A DNA stretch of 64,000 nucleotides. Origin: Macrostomum lignano. Taxonomy: Eukaryota. Every line of letters begins with the position of its first letter. Positions within the stretch are counted from its first letter, which is position 1. The notes beneath the pieces were generated by a model. That model had not been told where the DNA came from. It was given only the letters and a program-made list of their open reading frames with translations, and searched no databases. A program made the position numbers and the translations under genes. The stretch covers positions 124,001-188,000 of the forward strand of contig NIVC01002089.1 in the NCBI GenBank assembly GCA_002269645.1, in the 5' to 3' direction. This document shows positions 11,047 through 23,917 of the stretch, piece by piece.

Positions 11047-11708
11047 CTAAGAAGCCTCGCTGAAGCTGGCCCTACCGGAAGCCGGGCCGCTAGTGCTGAA
11101 ACGTCGCTTAGCTGGCACAACAGTCACAGCCAGCCGGCTGTTGTGCATGACGTAATCGGACACGGAGCCTAGAAAAGTGCGTCGGACGTCGCCTTGACCG
11201 CGGCTGCCCATCACGATCATGTGGCAGTTGGTGCGCCAGGCGATGTCCACCAGAGCTTCGCCGGGCTTCTTGCTGGGCTCGGCAATGAAATCCATCTTGG
11301 GGGTTGGCGAGGTGTGGGGGCTCGTATTCTTATGGAAGATTTTGCAATTTCGAGTGGACTCAATATACAGATTAGTACTCGTAGATAGAAATGTAACACA
11401 AAGTCACGCAAAGTTACCTTCATCTTAGTCTGAGCAGCCCTATAAGTGATGTCGGCCTCCATCGCCGAGGCCTTCTTGCTGCTCTCCACGATGATGTTCC
11501 GCCATTCCTCAGTCGGCACATTGAAGCCGCTGCGCAATGAAAATGACGGCAACGACGGCGGCTCGACGATGTGCGCGATGACGATGTGGTCACCGTCGTG
11601 ACGGATGTTCTCCATGTAGAACCTGTAGGCCTCCTCGGCGTGGCTGGACCCGTCCAGCGGAATGAGAATCTTCCGGTTGCCTCCGGGAGCAGCGGCAGGA
11701 GCAGACAT
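11047..11708 (-). CDS. Universal stress protein (USP/UspA domain), paralog 1, 2 exons
   Basis: Exon 1 is 11708..11418 (MSAPAAAPGGNRKILIPLDGSSHAEEAY...TKMK) and exon 2 is 11295..11047 (MDFIAEPSKKPGEALVDIA..MIVMGSRGQGDVRRTFLGSVSDYVMHNSRLAVTVVP). The 122-bp intron 11417..11296 (GTAACT..CAAG) is at the same codon as in paralog 2. Confidence 0.93.
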
Positions 11709-12799
11709 TGTTGCAGAAGTGACTGTTGCAGTCGAATCAGTGTATGATTGCACTGGAGATGACATTGACGATTGATTGCATGTAGCAATACTTTGATAAC
11801 TGTGCAAGCAAGCGTGCAAGATATCTCACTGCAGCTAGATGCAAATATATATGCCAGTAGCAAGACTCTAGAAAGCTCCGGACCCAAGGAGAGGGGAAGG
11901 AATGCAGCAGCTCACACGCGTCGAGAATGTGCAGCTAATGAGGATCGAGCTAGCTCAGAGTGTGGAACAGGGTTTCGAAGCTGGCCACTCTATATGCTAA
12001 TATGTATGGAGTTTAGCTACACTTATGCAGCCAGAGGCTTCGCTAATTTGTGTAAAGATCAGATCTTCCATACCAGAATGGTTACACGCAGAGTTAGTTA
12101 CATGAGCCTCCCTCCTCACTAGTTTTACAAGGCTACACAAATCTACATCAGTTCATTCAGAAATTTACCTTGATTGAAGCGAAAAGTCCTGCTCTTGACG
12201 TATTAACGGCTCAGTGAAATAAATAATCTCTCTCAATGTCAAGCTTGTGTGTCTTCTCGACCGTTAGCTTAAATAGTTCTGTGCCACTCTGATAAGTCAG
12301 CCGTGACCGTGTGAGGGCCGGTTTGCAATTCGAACTGACTGCTTTTGTTGCGGACTTGCTTTAGCTATGGAGTTTTTATAGCTGGACTTGGCCAGGTCTC
12401 TTCTTACGTGTTGCAAATCGGGCCTCCAGCTGGGCCCGCTGAGCGAAGTGGGCCCAGGAGTCCCTGTGCAAATTCATGCATGCCCCCCAGCGCCAGGGTA
12501 GTTGTGTGGCTCCTTTTAGCAATAGATAAGGCAGAAAACGCTCATATAAACTGTACACAACCAATGTCATGTGGGTAGCTAGATACCATCTACAGGAGAT
12601 ATATTATATATACAATTCCAAAGGCTTCTGTTAGTGGCTAGATATAGTGTTATAGCCTACAATTAAGCACAAGCTTCTTGCGTTGTGCGAACTGCTAACG
12701 CTACAGTGTACGAGCTATATAGCTGTTTGATAAGCGCGGGTCATACAGCATATACGCGGTCTGTACATGTACACTTGCAAAATACGTTGGGTCGGGAGA

Positions 12800-13085
12800 G
12801 AGCCATTGTGGGAGAGTCATATAGGGAAGAGTCATAGCTAGGGAAGATAGTCATATAGGTAGAGAGTCATTGAGGAGAGAGTCATAAGGGGAGAGAGTCA
12901 TATTAGGTAGAGAGTCATTGAGGAGAGAGTCATAAGGGAGAGAGTCATAAGGAGAGGGTCGATCATAGAGGAGTAGTCATATAGGGGAGAGAGTTATAGA
13001 GAAGAGTTAGGGGATCAGTGAGTGATAAGGGAAGGGAGAGTCATAGGGAGAGGGAGTCGTAGGGGAGAGAGTCTTAGGGGAAGAA
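12800..13085. repeat. Degenerate GA-rich ~20-bp repeat (GGAGAGAGTCATAGG)
   Basis: GAGAGTCAT recurs more than 10 times. Confidence 0.75.
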
Positions 13086-13774
13086 AGACATGAAAAGGGA
13101 CATATGTTAAGATGCATGGCACATTCACGTACAATTAATCTAGAATTGGGGATCGACAAGAATCAGTAAGGCTTAAGGCGCGCAGATACAGGTGTTGGCA
13201 GGGCTACAGAGGCAGAAAATAAACAAAGTATTGCAGAGCCACAGCAAACAGCTACAAGTATATAATTATGCATGTATCATGCAATGCTAAGTAGAGTATA
13301 GACATGACTATAAGATCGCCGTGACCTCAATCACGCTAACAGCTTCTTTGTCGGAACGCAAAAACACTTCAGCAGCGGAAATTGCACAAATGCACATGGC
13401 GACCGCCGGGCTCTCTTCATTTATATACATGCAAGTAGCTGGTGACCAAGCCAATTAAAACTACAGTACAGTGTGTAACAGCATTGCCAGTGAGGCAAAA
13501 GGATTTTTCTGGCTAACGTATACTCGTACTGTTAGTAGCATTACGCAGATATTGGGAGAAATGAAATCGGATATACGAGCGTAATTTACTAACAATCTAC
13601 TTTATAAGCTACATGTAGCCATGGTCGATCCTGCATTACAATAATGTGTAAACAGTCTAGATGCAATTTTTTTAGCAATATCAATAATGCATGCATTTGA
13701 TGAAGGAATTTTTCAGCTCCCAGAAATCCCAGTCCATTCATTCGAATTGCAAACCATCCATCTGAAATTCTAAT

Positions 13775-14820
13775 CAATCTGAATCTCAGTTAATCTCTCT
13801 GAATCTCAGTCCATCTCTCTGAATATCAGTCCATCTCTCTGAATATCAGTTAATCTCTCTGAATCTCAGTTAATCTCTCCGAATCTCAGTTAATCTCTCC
13901 GAATATCAGTTAATCTCTCCGAATCTCAGTTAATCTCTCCGAATCTCAGTTAATCTCTCCGAATATCAGTTAATCTCTCCGAATATCAGTTAATCTCTCC
14001 GAATCTCAGTTAATCTCTCCGAATCTCAGTTAATCTCTCCGAATCTCAGTCCATATCTCCGAATCTCAGTTAATCTCTCCGAATATCAGTCCATCTCTCT
14101 GAATCTCAGTTAATCTCTCTGAATCTCAGTCCATCTCTCCGAATATCAGTTAATCTCTCTGAATCTCAGTTAATCTCTCCGAATCTCAGTCCATATCTCT
14201 GAATCTCAGTCCATATCTCTGAATCTCAGTCCATCTCTCTGAATCCCAGCTCATCCAACTGAATCTCAGTCCATCTCTTTGAATCTCAGCTCATCCAACT
14301 GAATCTCAGTCCATCTCTCTGAATCTCAGTCCATCTCTCTGAATCTCAGTCCATCTCTCTGAATCTCAGCTCATCCAACTAAATCTCAGTCCATCTCTCT
14401 GAATCCCAGCTCATCCAACTGAATCTCAGTCCATCTCTTTGAATCTCAGCTCATCCAACTGAATCTCAGTCCATCTCTCTGAATCTCAGTCCATCTCTCT
14501 GAATCTCAGTCCATCTCTCTGAATCTCAGTCCATCTCTCTGAATCTCAGCTCATCCAACTGAATCTCAGTCCATCTCTCTGAATCTCAGTCCATCTCTCC
14601 GAATATCAGTCCATCTCTCTGAATCTCAGTGAATCTCTCCGAATATCAGTCCATCTCTCTGAATCTCAGTGAATCTCTCTGAATCTCAGTCCATTTATCT
14701 GAATCTCAGTCACCTCACTTAAACTCATTCAATCTCTGAAGCTCAGTCATCTCTCTGAATCTCAGTCCATCTACCTGAAATTTATTCATTTACCTGAATC
14801 TCAGTCAACCAGTTTCAATC
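13775..14820. repeat. 20-bp minisatellite (GAATCTCAGTCCATCTCTCT)
   Basis: About 50 copies; successive 60-bp lines start in phase with GAATC/GAATA. Variant units (TTAATC, CTCATCCAACT) occur in blocks. Confidence 0.95.
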
Positions 14821-15386
14821 TGAGCCAGCCATTTAGTGCGTTAGAGATGTGAAGGATTATACAAGCATATATCAGTTGATAAACAGGAGAGATTCAGTTA
14901 AAGCACAGAACAAGATGCCAAGATTTATTGGTGATGCCGTCGCAAGCTTTTATTTATTTAATAGAATAAATCACAATACGCGCAAAAACGTGTATAAACA
15001 CTTGGTTATCAGCGCAGCTATATTTACAGGTAAAAAACAGCTAGGAACGAAGCTATTTATAGTAATATTAGTAGTATTTGAACGCAAAAATTCACAATAT
15101 TATTCACACAGTATCAGTTAACCCATACATACATGCGCAACCCCCTGATTTGCATTGGTCGTGCGACCAATGAAAGAAACCTAAGAAAAAATTACCCTTT
15201 TGGGTAAACGACAGGAGTAACTATGACTGTATTATGAAGGCTAAATTCCTCGTCATCTAATTAGTACTACGTCTATTTCCACGTGGGAATTTTGTCAAGT
15301 TACTTTGGATGGGTGTTACTGTTGCGCATGTATGAACTCATGGATAACACCAAGTCAATGCATTAAGTTCATCGCGATCAGCCAAT

Positions 15387-15752
15387 CTACTTGGTCCACG
15401 AAATCTTGGGTATGTCGAAGTGCTCGGAGCAGTTCTCCAACTTGGCATTGAATTCCATAATTCGTTCTTTGTGCGACTTCTCGGCCCGCTTCAACAGCTG
15501 TTCGGCCATGCGGGCTTCCACTACTCGAGCGTGAGCCTTCTCAGCTGCCGTCCTGGTGTCCACTTCTTCTGGAGGAGCTGTCTGCTGCTGCTGCAACTCT
15601 TTGCTATCCAACTTGTCTTTACGCTTTTTATCCTTCTTCTTTTTCTTGCTCTTCTTTTTTGACGAACTTTCAACACCACCACCCGCACACTTGAGTTTGA
15701 GTCGGCTGCGCACAACTGTTCCATATTCTTCATCGGAGTCCGAGCCTGGCAT
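15387..15752 (-). CDS. FAM32A: FAM32A-like small nuclear protein, CDS in a single exon
   Basis: MPGSDSDEEYGTVVRSRLKLK..., a Lys-rich stretch, then TAAEKAH...KSHKERIMEFNAKLENCSEHFDIPKISWTK*. This matches the FAM32A family C-terminus (EHYDIPKVSWTK). Confidence 0.92.
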   Translation of the reverse strand: MPGSDSDEEYGTVVRSRLKLKCAGGGVESSSKKKSKKKKKDKKRKDKLDSKELQQQQTAPPEEVDTRTAAEKAHARVVEARMAEQLLKRAEKSHKERIMEFNAKLENCSEHFDIPKISWTK

Positions 15753-17311
15753 GGTGGTGCAGCAAAGCCAGATAGATGGCAATGTTTCAAAATTATCAAC
15801 CTGAATATCAATGTGGCAGGTATTCATTTAATATTGTAAAAGGTAAACAACGAGAGTAGCTATGAGTATAATTCAAAAGTAAAATGACTCGTCATCTAAT
15901 TAGTGTTTTTAATTTTGCTTCAGTCCTAAATATATTAGATTTTGTCAGCTTGTGGTTATTAACAATAAGTAAACACTACTAAGTATAGTAAAGTATGGTT
16001 CTTTTTTTTCAAAAAAAATGGGCAAAATTATCTAGTAACAGAATGAACTCTAACTAAAGAAAATTAAAAAAGATAACCATTAAAAGGGCAAGGTGCCATG
16101 ACATGCTAAATCTAGATATTTAGCTATTTGATTGAAAGACAAAGCAACTACCTATATTATTGACTGCTGTCCAGAAAAGCATATTATTTAAGACTTTTGT
16201 AAAGGACAAAACAACATAAAATGAAGTAATAAACACAAAAAATCTGATAGCATAGTTAAAAATAAGTTGACAATTATTAACATGCCTTTACATTCACTGT
16301 TTTATGTGCTACACATTGAATATCAATAACCTAGACTTAGTATCTTAGCATAACCTTAACACTATGTTTATATATCCAGTGCATCCAAAAGTTCTTGCAA
16401 TTATTGCAGATTCCTTTTTTCAAATATCAATATATATTGCTTTGATGAATAGCTCTGCACTTAGAAACTTAGTAAAAGAATCAGTTTTTTTCTTAAAGAT
16501 AATATTAACCTTAGTAGATATACTTAATTTAAATTGCCTAATTTCAGCCTTGAACATGGACTAGCCAAAAGTTAAAACTTGTGCTTTTTTATGATTATAA
16601 GCTTGGCAGCTTGGTCATAGCCATTGCTTTACTAATATCTAAGGTGTCTGTTTTAAATGGTGTAGGAATGGAAACAAAGACATTTTCAACAAAGAATATG
16701 ATAGCCAACCTCCCATTCTTGATGACTAGAAACTGCAAGCTGATTGCAGCCAACACAGCCATATTATATACCAAAATTGTGATTGAGTTTAGATGCAGTA
16801 AATCAATTTCTGCAATAATTTGCAAGCCCTTGGCTTTACTAAAAAGCTAACAAAGTAGGTGCCACATCAGTTATTGATAGAAAACAAGCAGAAATAGTTG
16901 GAAATCTGCTAGCTATTGCTGCTTTAAAACAAACATGATTATTGTCAACTGCAATGAAAAATAGGTGTTCCATAACAAGACATATTGCTTTACTAAGTGG
17001 TCACTCACGTCTAGATAAAGCAATCAGTTACCAAATCAGGAACTGCATTTAAAAAAGATCTTGATAACCGTGATAAATGATACATGGCATGCTATATACC
17101 AACTTCTTTTGTTCATGCAGGTAAACTATCATAGCCAAGCCAACTATAATAATTGTTAGCTACATATTATGTACAAGAAATTACAATAGAAGCAGCCATT
17201 TTTTATAAAGCAGCATAATCATAAGCCATACATAGCTATTTGCATATCTTGGATACTAATAAAGCTTAGCTAGGCTGGAAGATTTTGCTGCATCCACTAT
17301 ATAGTCTAATC

Positions 17312-17711
17312 TAGAGGTCAGATGGGATCCCGATCCCAATCCTAAAATCTTGGGATCCCAAGGAAAATTGGATTCCTATGGGACCAAGATCCTGACTCTA
17401 AAAAAACAATAATCGAGAACAGGTCTTTTGATTAAAATTTATAGAATTAGTGATTACTTGAATGTGTATTTTGTTTTAATTTGTACTCATTACATTATTA
17501 CTTTGTTGGTTATAAAACTTTGCATTATTTTGTTGTGTTTTACTTTTAGATCTTAACATTTTTTGCTTAATTTTATTTAACTTTATATGGACCTACAAAC
17601 TAAAATACACTAAAAGACCTAATCCCAATTCCTAAATCCCAATCCCAATCTTGAGAATTATTTTTCCTAATCCCAATCCTACCCGAAGATTTCAATCCTA
17701 TCCGACCTCTA
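17312..17711 (+). mobile_element. hAT-type MITE, copy A (heavily C->T/G->A mutated)
   Basis: TIRs are TAGAGGTCAGA...TCCGACCTCTA. The 8-bp flanks GTCTAATC (17304-17311) and GTCTAAAC (17712-17719) form a TSD with 1 mismatch. It is collinear with the reverse complement of 25025..25423. Confidence 0.85.
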
Positions 17712-18387
17712 GTCTAAACAATCTTACCATAATCAGACTATTATATTTTAGAAGGGATACTTGCTGTCTTGGGATGTTTTGTTTTTAGAGTGAATGTCTG
17801 TTGTTTTCTTATGAAAGCTTTATTTTGCTGTCTATTTCACTATTTGTTATTTGTAAAAAACAAGGATTCTATCCAGATGTCTCCTATTGGGGGATGAAGA
17901 TTGCTAGTGCAGAGCTAAAGTTGAACATCAAACTTCTTTGACTTAAAGACTGCTAAGTTCTATATATAAGAAAGGCATGTTTATTATAGAAACTTAACAG
18001 AATATTATAGATAGTAGGCCTAGTGGTGACTATTTCAATGAGTAAAAAGATGCTAGGCCATAGCTAAGCTAAGCTGCAATAATGGAACTAGTAGAAATTT
18101 GTTAAAGGGGGCATACTCTAAAAAGATATTATTTTTAGGGGAAAATTATCACATACAATTAGGGATTAAAATTCCAGGATCTCAGGATCCCAAAATCCGG
18201 ATCCTATCAAATCAAAATCCCAAAATCAAGTAAAATGCCTCATGCATCAAGTATAAATGTTAGGACAATTTTTTTCTAGGCCCTTATTATTTTTACAAAA
18301 GTGTTGTAAAATGAATATAATTGGACCCAAAACAAGTTTATTATACTGTACTAATTTCTATTAATTATAAATTGCCTTATGTTATTT

Positions 18388-18740
18388 AGTGCCGTTATGT
18401 AAATACCGCAACAGATGCAATGGACTGCAACAGACTACAATGGAACCACAATAGACCCCAATAGACCTCAAGAAACTGCCACAGACTTCAAGCAAATTTT
18501 TTACCTGAAAGCACTAATAAATTATAAATTCCTGCCAATGCATTAGCTTATTCATAATTCAAATAATTCAATTGCATTTATGCAGTTAGCGCATATAATA
18601 GGATCTAGCAAAAACCTTATAGTTGATAGTCAAACCTTAACATCCAATCTAGCTATTATATCATAATCATTCAGATTTTGGTCCATTGCAGTCTGTTGCA
18701 GTCCCATTGTGGTCCCATTGCAGTGTTTACACGGACCCTT
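18388..18740. mobile_element. Degenerate MITE-like element with internally repetitive inverted termini
   Basis: The left GTAAATACCGCAACAGATGCAATGGACTGCAACAGAC... is mirrored by the right ...GTCCATTGCAGTCTGTTGCAGTCCCATTGTGGTCCCATTGCAGTGTTTACAC. No TSD was identified. Confidence 0.4.
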
Positions 18741-19461
18741 TGTGTCGCCTTTTTAAACTTGGCATCATGGATTTATATATGATAATGAATTATGAAATTT
18801 ATTCTAATTTAAATTTTGATATTTTATTTTCTTCTTGACTTTATTACTACTTACTACTTACTTAGTTAGGATATTTGTAAAAGTAAGGTATTTGAAAGAG
18901 CGTCTAGAGTTTTTTGAAACGGTTTTCCAGCCGATTAACGACTTAGTCTTAGTTAGTTAATGGAGTTAGTACGTGATAGTAGTAGTAGTAAGAGAATTTG
19001 GCTCAGGCAATTAGCCTGTTTGGCCAATATATTATAGAGCTATGTATTTGGAATTTTCGAATATAGAAGTTTATAAAGACGATTTGACGACGATTTGCTG
19101 AGTTATTGTAAAAGATAAAGTATTTGAAAGCGCGCCAGAATTTTTACGGTATTTTTAGACGAAAAGTGACAATGAGTATAAATATTAATACAAAAATGAG
19201 TACAAATTACGAGGTATAGCTTTAATTGCGAGATTACTTTGGTAAGCGAGTTTGTAAAAAAAAAAAGATGTAGTATTTTTGAAAGCGCGTGATATTTCAA
19301 AGCGTGAAAAACGAACATAAACAATACTTCGAAAGAATTTTACGTTTAACGAATAACGACGATTTAAATATAGGAAATTAAAAAAGACAGTAAATGAATA
19401 AACAACTGAAAAGCGGATTTGTTACACTGCTGATGTATCTGATTCAGTTTGTTTAACTGTT

Positions 19462-20490
19462 TTAGCTATTCATGACTTCATATATTTTAGCTACACCAGT
19501 GAGCTCTTTTCTGACTCTTTTTTCATTTGTAGCATATCCTATCTTGTGTATTTGATTGCTATTTAAGAGGTATTGACAGAAGTATTTTTTCCTGATCTCT
19601 TCAGTTTGTGGACATTCGGTCAAGTAGTGTAGAATGTCAGAACCATTTCGCGCTCCACACATTTTACATGGTTCTTGAGAAAAAAAGTTGGGTGTAATCT
19701 CGCATTTCAGTTTTAGGAGGGTTGTTAAGAATTTTTTGTTTCTAAATGTACATGGAAAGAAATCTGAAAGGTCGGGCCTGCAGATTTTTTTGTAGAGATA
19801 GGCGTTTTTGTAGAATTTAATATGTTGCTGATTCTCTAGCTTTTGGCTAAGTTCTCTTTCTCTGTGTATCTTGAGGTGCTTTTTCACTAGGTATTTCTCG
19901 TTATTAAAGCTTTGGGAAAGTTTATCTTCAGTTAGTGCTTTTAGGTCTATACTTTCTAGTTTCTTTAGTACGTTCATTTTCCATGGATTTTTTTGGCCGG
20001 TGTTTGAGTAGAAAATTTCTAGAGTCGTTTGGCAGAGTTTTTTGTGTCTAATCTTCAGCCAGTAGATGAGGTAGGTTTTAGCAATTCGTTGAGAGATTGG
20101 AGTAAGCTCAAGTTCTGATGATACCACACTGTTGCTAGCAAATTTTGGTAGATTGAGGAGATATTTGTAGAATTTCAGCTGAATATTATCAATAGCTTTT
20201 GTATCAGACATGGTAGCCAGAGGGCCCCAGAGCTCACAACCGTAAGTGATAACGGGGGTAACAAGCGCGTCAAATAGTCTGCGAATGAGTGTGATGTCTA
20301 GGGACGTATTCTTTACCCTATGGAGTAGGGAAAACATGGCTGTATATCCCTGCTTAGTTTGGTGTTCAATACATTTTTTAAAGCTGTTTTTTGGTTCAAA
20401 AATAATTCCCAGGTATTTAAATTCATTTACTTCCTCTATTTCTTGGTTGTCGTAGTATATTTTTGTAGCAATGGGGTTAGACAAATTCAA
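19462..20490 (-). pseudogene. LINE ORF2 C-terminal segment (thumb and CCHC zinc knuckle)
   Basis: EIEEVNEFKYLGIIF...CKMCGARNGSDILHYLTECP; it begins abruptly at the inversion junction. Confidence 0.88.
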
Positions 20491-21790
20491 AACAACATCA
20501 CAGTAGAGATAAAGAACCCACTATGCTCAACACTGCCTCGCTTCCTTAAAGATTTAAGAAATGCTGCTAGACATGCCTGCAGAAGATATAAAACCTTCCC
20601 TACTCCCAACAACCTCTCAAGCAAAGTACAACTCAAAAAAGCATACGAAAAAAAGCTCACTTCATGGAAATTTGAAACAACTCTCTGTGCAGACAACATG
20701 ATCAACCAAGCCTTTATTCAAAACGATACAAAACAACTTTGGAACTTATTAAAAACACCAAATCCCTCAAACAACAGAGTAACAATTGATGAAAAATTTA
20801 TCATACACTTTCAAAATCTTGTAACTGAACAAGACAGCAGCATTAGACTATCATACAATCTTCACCTTGACAACCCTATTCTGGCTGATTTAGAGGATTT
20901 CAATGCCCCATTCACCAAAGAAGAAGTTATAAAACATATTAAAAAGCTCAAAACCGACAAAGCACCTGGGCACGATAAAGTATATGTAGAAACACTCAAA
21001 TACCTCGAGAACGAACTTGCTGACCTCCTATGCTCACTTTTCAACGAAGCACTCAAACAAGGAACCTTCCCAACTAGTTGGATAACAAATACACTTCATC
21101 CGATTTATAAAAACAAAGGCAGCAGTGCCGACCCCAACAATTACAGAGGAATCTGCATTCAACCAATTCTTGGCAAGCTCTTTTGCCAAATTATTAAATC
21201 CAGACTCGAAAACCTAGCATACGCAAACAATCTTATATCAAAGTACCAATACGGTTTCAAGCCCAATCACAGCACAATCGACCAATGTTTTAATCTTTAC
21301 AACATTATAAACCAATCCATCTACAACAAAGAAGAACTCTTTATTGGATTTGTTGACTATGAAAAAGCCTTCGATAGCTTAAATCAACCAACCCTTTGGC
21401 ACAAAACGGATAACCAGGGTATTAAAGGTCAAATGACGGAACTTATCAAGAACATGCATAAAAATACCTGCTTCATTCTAAAAAATGATGATGATGATGA
21501 TGAAACCCAGCCAATCCCAATATCTAAAGGTGTTCTTCAAGGCAACCCTCTCTCTACCATCCTTTTTGAACTATATATTGACGACATTGTTGAATATCTT
21601 GAACTCTCTAGCGCTAGGCGCTCTCTTACGAGATCTGCTTTCCCACTCATCCTACTCTTTGCAGACGATCAAGCCATTCTAGCTAAAAACAAAGACGAAC
21701 TTCAAGACACATTTACGACTATGGAAAATTACTGCAAACAAAATTACTTGAAAGTAAACGCAAGCAAAACAAAGTTCATGCAGGGCAATA
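20480..21790 (+). pseudogene. LINE ORF2 reverse transcriptase core, inverted relative to the rest of the element
   Basis: KAPGHD, NNYRGICI, QYGFKP, FVDYEKAFDS, GVLQGNPLSTILF, LFADD, LKVNASKTKFM are all on the + strand. Confidence 0.92.
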
Positions 21791-23086
21791 CCAGACAAAA
21801 AAACGACACAGAAAGCATTGCTCTCTAACTTTTCTACTTAATTTATTTATAAAAGCTGGGTTTTGTATGTCTAGATTTGTGATTTTGTCATTCATGTTTT
21901 TCAGGTCATTTGCGAAGTTATTGATATGTTTTTCTTGTTGCAGGTTGGGTTTATGTGACTTTTTTAGGACTCTATATCTCGTTTTCGAGTTATTGGTTGC
22001 TTGTTTAGTTTCTGTGATTTCCTCTGTGAATTAACTTGATAGGGAGAGCACTATTTGGTTGTGGTCGCTAAAGTAGGTGTGGTTCTTTACTTTAAAGTCT
22101 TCGAGGTGTTGGAGTAAGCTGGTAGAGACGAAACAGAGATCTATCTATAACAGAGGAACCAGATTTTGAGAGAAAGGTGAATTCACCATTTGTGTCTGAT
22201 AATGATCTACCATTGATTAGATGCAGGTTGTATGAGTCAGTAATCTGGTTAAGTAGTCTACCATTTTTGCAGGTTTTCTTGTCTTGGCTTTGTCTAGTAA
22301 GTGAGATGTTTTTTGCTCTGGTGGTATATATTGAATTTAAATCTATGTATGAGGTATTGTTTATATGAGCATTGAAGTCTCCAATAAGGAAGATGTTTTC
22401 TTCGGAGTGGTAAGCATCCAGGAGAATTGTTAACTGTTCCCAATTTTCTTCTTCATAATATTTTGAAGACAGTGGGGGTATATAGGAGTTTATTAAGGTA
22501 AAGCTTTTGTTTTTATCCTTTTTGTGTTTAAAATTTAGTGTCAAGAAGTTTTTATAATGTTTGAATGATTCTGTTTAACATTGTATTGTGTATCTAGTGA
22601 CTTTTTGTAAGCTGTTAATAATCCACCAGAAGCTCTGCCAATGAATTTACAGCCTTTTTTGTTTGCAGGCTTTTGGTATGTCATGTAGTTTTCAGACAGG
22701 TTGTTGATTTTGAGTCGCTTGTTTTCATTTTTTGTGTCTATTATCCAAGTTTCTTGAAGGCAGAGAATATTATTCTTAAAAATTGATTCAGTTTCCAGTA
22801 GTTCAAGTTTGGGAATCATCACAGAGTCTTTTATTGTGTAAAGTCCATTGATATTCCAGCTGCTAATAGTAAATTTTTCTTTATCAATTTTTTGGATAAT
22901 ATTAAATTCAAGGAGTTTTGATTTGATATTGTAAGGAATTTTTTTGATCTTTTGAGCATTGTTATTTCTAATAGAAATGAGGTACTCTCTAGTGTATTGT
23001 ATCCGCTTTTCATTTGCCTGGATAATATTTTGACTATTTTGACCATTAAGTGTTGGGGTATTTAAGTCACAGTTTACAGAGGAAGT

Positions 23087-23917
23087 TCAGTAGGTTTTAA
23101 TGAAGGGAACTCCCCTCTTATAGCCAATTCGGATGTTTTTCTCACCATTTTCTTGACGAGTCTTAAGCTCTTTAACAATCTTCTGCTTAAATGCCCGTTC
23201 CTTTTCTGTTAAGTCGTTCTCGATCCGAATACGGGAGTAGGCAGAGCCAGTTTCGCGCAGGTTTCTCAGATTACCGAAGAAGGCCGCTTTGTCGCTATCG
23301 TTGACCAGCCGAACAACAAGGGGCCTTGGTCGATTGCTGAGAGGTTGTTCGCGACCGATCCGCCTGGTGGCGACAATTGGGACAGTTGCGGGGGACACTT
23401 TGAGCCCATCCTGCATAAAGTCCTCGAGCTTAGCGTCTTCTTGGAGTCCAAAAACTATGATGTTATTCTTCTTTATACCGCGCTGCCTGACTTCCTCCAC
23501 GATTTCATCAAAGCTGATGTCGTAGGTGACAGTTTGCTTCCCGCTCTCAATCGACTCTAGCTCTTCTATGCGTTCTTCGAGGGCCGTCAGCTTGACTTTG
23601 AGGTCTTTAAGCAGCTCCACGCTGTTAAGTAGCGCGCGGGCATGGGTCTTGCAATCTCGGCAAGTCCATATGAGACCATTATCGCTAGGGCCATTTGCGA
23701 TGGCGGTGAAAATTGGCTTTGCTAGGCCGGAGCAGGACTGGTGGCACCAGCGGTGACAGCTTTCGCAGTGAATGCCTTCGTGCACTTCGTCGTTGCAGGC
23801 TAGGCAGCTGCCATCAACAGTCTCTCGCCTTGATTTCGCGTTCGGTGGAAGGGAGATGCCTGTTGGGGATGCTTCTTGTTCCCCAACGTTGTTCTTTCGT
23901 TTGCCTTTTTGTGACAT
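23087..23917 (-). CDS. LINE ORF1p: PHD finger, coiled coil and RRM-like domain
   Basis: An intact 276-aa ORF: C4HC3 PHD (CLAC..IHCESCHRWCHQSC..WTCRDC), a heptad region, and NNIIVFGLQE...RPRPLVV...IRIENDLT, typical of LINE ORF1. Confidence 0.88.
   Translation of the reverse strand: MSQKGKRKNNVGEQEASPTGISLPPNAKSRRETVDGSCLACNDEVHEGIHCESCHRWCHQSCSGLAKPIFTAIANGPSDNGLIWTCRDCKTHARALLNSVELLKDLKVKLTALEERIEELESIESGKQTVTYDISFDEIVEEVRQRGIKKNNIIVFGLQEDAKLEDFMQDGLKVSPATVPIVATRRIGREQPLSNRPRPLVVRLVNDSDKAAFFGNLRNLRETGSAYSRIRIENDLTEKERAFKQKIVKELKTRQENGEKNIRIGYKRGVPFIKTY

Noticed and set aside
5816-11708. USP genes as bacterial contamination or recent horizontal transfer
   Set aside because: Both have spliceosomal introns at a shared position and sit among clearly metazoan genes; USP domains are established in several invertebrate phyla.
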